DNA of 64,000 nt from Hypanus sabinus (Eukaryota), in contig NW_026780455.1 in the NCBI RefSeq assembly GCF_030144855.1, positions 310,001 to 374,000 on the forward strand, read 5' to 3'. Below the pieces are notes generated by a model. The model made no database searches. It was not told where the DNA came from and saw only the letters and a program-made list of their open reading frames with translations. The position numbers and the translations under genes were made by a program. Positions 60,942 to 64,000 of this stretch are shown here, in pieces (the stretch's first letter is position 1; each line of letters begins with the position of its first letter).

Positions 60942-61589
60942 TGATGGGATACTCCAGGTACCGGTTCCCGATCCAGCCTCCGTCCTCTCTCTATCCAGAT
61001 CCCGCTGGTCTCTGATCGAAGAGAGTAGCGGCACTCACTGAAACTGTCGTGGTCGTGGATACATATTAATAGAACAGGTAACGAGCAGCCCCAGCTCCGC
61101 GGTGACGTCGACAATCCCCACGGACACTCAATTAATTAAGTTCTACCGAGTGACAGGTGCATTTAACCCTTTATTTGCAGTCCTTCAGCGAAGCAATACA
61201 TACGCAGACTGGAAGTGTATCCAATATTCCCAGCAAATGGCTGACACCGATGTCAGCCGAGTCTGTAAACAGATAGAAAATTGAGACTCGCAGCCAGGCG
61301 CTGACATACAACAAGTCTGTAAATGAAGGTACACACAGCAAATGAATAAAATCAATAAAGATAATATAAACAGATAAAATAATTATTGCATATATAGTTT
61401 CATCAGCAGGAGGATGGAAGGGTCAGCTGCAGAATCCATCGCCTGAATGGACCGTCAAGCAGGTGATCTCCAGGCTTCTGCTCGCCGAGGCGTCAGCTCA
61501 GGGAGGCTTCAGTCAAAGGAGGCAAAATAAAGAAAAATCACTTGTTTAAGACTTTCTTTTTCCGTCCATTCATCATATCTGATCAGATG

Positions 61590-62330
61590 GAATGACTGAG
61601 ATGCCAGGCAGGATAGATGCATGCTCCTCTTGCGGGATCTGGGAAGGCCTGGAGATCTCCAGTGGCCCTGATGATTACAACTGCGAGAGCTGCCTTCATC
61701 TGGAATTTCTAACAATCGGAGCTCAGGGTGTGGAGCTGGAACTGGACGAGCTCGGATCATTCGGGAGGCAGAAATGAGAGACAAGTCATAGCGGAAAATT
61801 TTACACCGAGGGCACAGGGCACAGGAGACTGTGTGACAGTCAGGAAAGCGAAACGTCTGAAGGGGCCAGGGCGCAACTCCCATCTGGCAAATTCCTGCAC
61901 ATTTTGGACACCATTGCAGAGTTTGGGGGGTGGGAGAACCACCGAAATGTGTTCAGTCACAGTGTTCGGTTCTCATGAATTCAGTTTGACTCTGTGAGTC
62001 AGAAGTGAAGTAGGTGTTGAGCGGTTTCTGTGTGTGTGGCTTGGCGGGGGGATGGCGGCCCGAGCACAGCTCCCATGTGGCAATCTGAACTAGGTGTGTG
62101 AACAGCTCGAAATCGTGGCCCATTGTGTTACCGGTGACAGAGGTACAATGAGTGACGAAGTACTTCATTGCCATTTCCGGGAGTTAAGAGCGAAGTTAAA
62201 AGGCAGGACCCTCCTGGACTTGTTGTCCATGCTACGTGCCTGTGAGGCCGGAAGCAGGAAGAGTATGCGTATTAATAGGTTGCTAAAGAGTTCTATTATA
62301 TCCCTGACGCCTGGAAATGGATTCTGAAGT
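61590..62330 (+). mobile_element. Decayed CR1 ORF1 5' region
   Basis: CSSCGIWE...PDDYNCESC..L...ELELDEL zinc-finger/coiled-coil pattern. Confidence 0.65.
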
Positions 62331-62356
62331 CGGGTTCTCAGTAATATTAAGCAAAA

Positions 62357-64000
62357 TGTTAACTGTTAAAGCTAATAAAATGGCTTCTTGCTAGTGTTCT
62401 CATGAAATGACTTCTCTGTAATATTATCTGACGAGGTGTGTGGTTCTCTGTAGCTGCGATGTTTTGGTTATAACAACAGATAACGTGGAACTAACCAATC
62501 GGAGATCTGTTATGCTTTTTTGCATGGTGGCATCCGAGAGAGTGCTTGCGGGCTTTTCGACGAGGCGAGTAAAAAGGAAGGGCGAGTCCGGGACCGTTCG
62601 GCGATCCCAAGATGGCGGATACCGGAATTCGATGGTTCGCAGTGTTGTCGGAGGTTCCGAGGTCGTTTATGGACGAACGAGGAAGGGGTAAGATCCAACA
62701 AATTATTTTATGTACAAAACTGATAAATTTATTGAGCGGCGCCTTTGTTTTATTTGTTTCACTAAAGCACACCACCAAATAAGTTTAAAAGTGTAATTAT
62801 TTAATCATACATTGTGTACTGTCAGATATTATACGTCCTGGGCCTGTACCTGGCTGCATTACACAGCATCTGTGCAAACATGACGACATAGTTTGACAGG
62901 GCCACATGTCGTTTCCCCGAGCGGACGTGAGTTGATAGAGCCAGTCTTACATTTGTGGGGTCCAGTCCGGCTGTGTGATCGCCTTGTTTAAAGTTGTGTT
63001 GTCATGGCGGCAGCCGCGTTCGAGCATTGGAGTGCGACGTCATGTTTGCCACTGAGCAATACGTGAGTATTGCGTTGAGTAGAGGCTCGTACCCTGGATG
63101 AAGTGTTCCTTCGACGTCTGAGTTTGGTTCAAGCTGATGGCAAAATTGAAATGGTATCTCGAAAGATTGACTTTGAAACGGAACAGACCTAGTGCTCGTG
63201 CAGACAAGCATGGACGAACGAGGGGCGGAGTTGTCAGAGTTTATTGGTTTCCCGGAGTGGCGGGACTATGGCGTCTGCAAACTAACAGGAGGGAAGTGTG
63301 GAAGGTCAGCGAGCTGGGTTGGCAGAGGATGAGGGCGAAGATCTTAGGGAACGAATTCTCTCGTTACTGAGGGTGGAGTGGAGAGAGTGGTCCGATTTGG
63401 AAAACTTGTTTACTTCCCCTCCCCCAGCAAAAGGTGAGAGTTCCGACTTGGCATCTGCCATTACCTCCCTGGCCAGAAAGTCAAGGGGCCCCGCCAGAAG
63501 ATAAGAATTTTCTCTGGGATAACGCCCAGCCACGAAAGTGAAGAGTATTATGAGACATGGGTAGAACAAACTTCGCAGATGTTAAGTGAGAGAGGCAGTG
63601 CCCGGATGATGAAAAGCGACAGAGATTGGTTGAAAGTTTGCCGGGAGTGGCGGCGGAGGTTGTTCGAGGTGTGAAGGATAACCGGACCTCTGTCTCTAAC
63701 GCTGAGTATTTGGAGGCATTGGAGAGTGCTTTTGTGTTGACAGGGAGCTCCTAGGGGACAAAGCAGAGGGCTGCGAGCTGCGGGGGGTCCGCAAGAGGAG
63801 GGGCGGCCGGATGTGTGTGCGATAACTGTGGGGAAGAAGACCACTTCCGGCAGTAATGTGAGTGGTAGGAAGCCCCTCGGAGGGCGCGTCCCTGGGTATA
63901 CAAGCAGGGCGATGTGTCGGGAAACGTAGAGGAGACTCAATGAGGGAACGGCCTGGGGTCTCTGTGGGAGCACGTTCCCAGCAATTTATCAAAGAAACAA
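62357..64000 (+). mobile_element. Ty3/Gypsy LTR retrotransposon (probable 5' LTR to ~62951, decayed PNMA-like gag)
   Basis: IRIFSGITP...YETWVEQTSQML...KRQRLVESL.GVAAEVVR; CDNCGEEDHFRQ*C knuckle at ~63818-63860. The LTR start is approximate. Confidence 0.8.

Overview
Vertebrate genomic DNA from a cartilaginous fish, probably a ray or skate; the taxon is inferred from the repeat content and the expanded GPR139-like receptor family. Positions 1-47 kb are a T-cell receptor variable-gene array, most likely TRBV. I find 14 V segments, each with a Cys/WYRQ/Y(F/Y)C V exon and a 23-bp-spacer RSS, and all but Vc with a phase-1 leader exon. Nine have open reading frames and five are pseudogenes. They fall into two families: family A ends CAWS(D/E/I) and family B ends CAC. 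Thirteen are on the + strand and the last (45905-46661) is inverted. The array was built by nested segmental duplication and shows mosaic (crossover/conversion-like) V genes. It carries same-orientation CTCF-like motifs and conserved promoter modules. It also contains a ~28-copy 62-bp minisatellite whose unit resembles a D-beta core followed by a broken 12-RSS. No D, J, C or trypsinogen gene was recognised. Positions 51.5-61 kb hold a two-exon GPR139/GPR142-like GPCR on the - strand, whose 8.3-kb intron is filled by two CR1 LINEs. The window ends in a Ty3/Gypsy element with a PNMA-like gag. Everything was read by eye, with no alignments or database searches.
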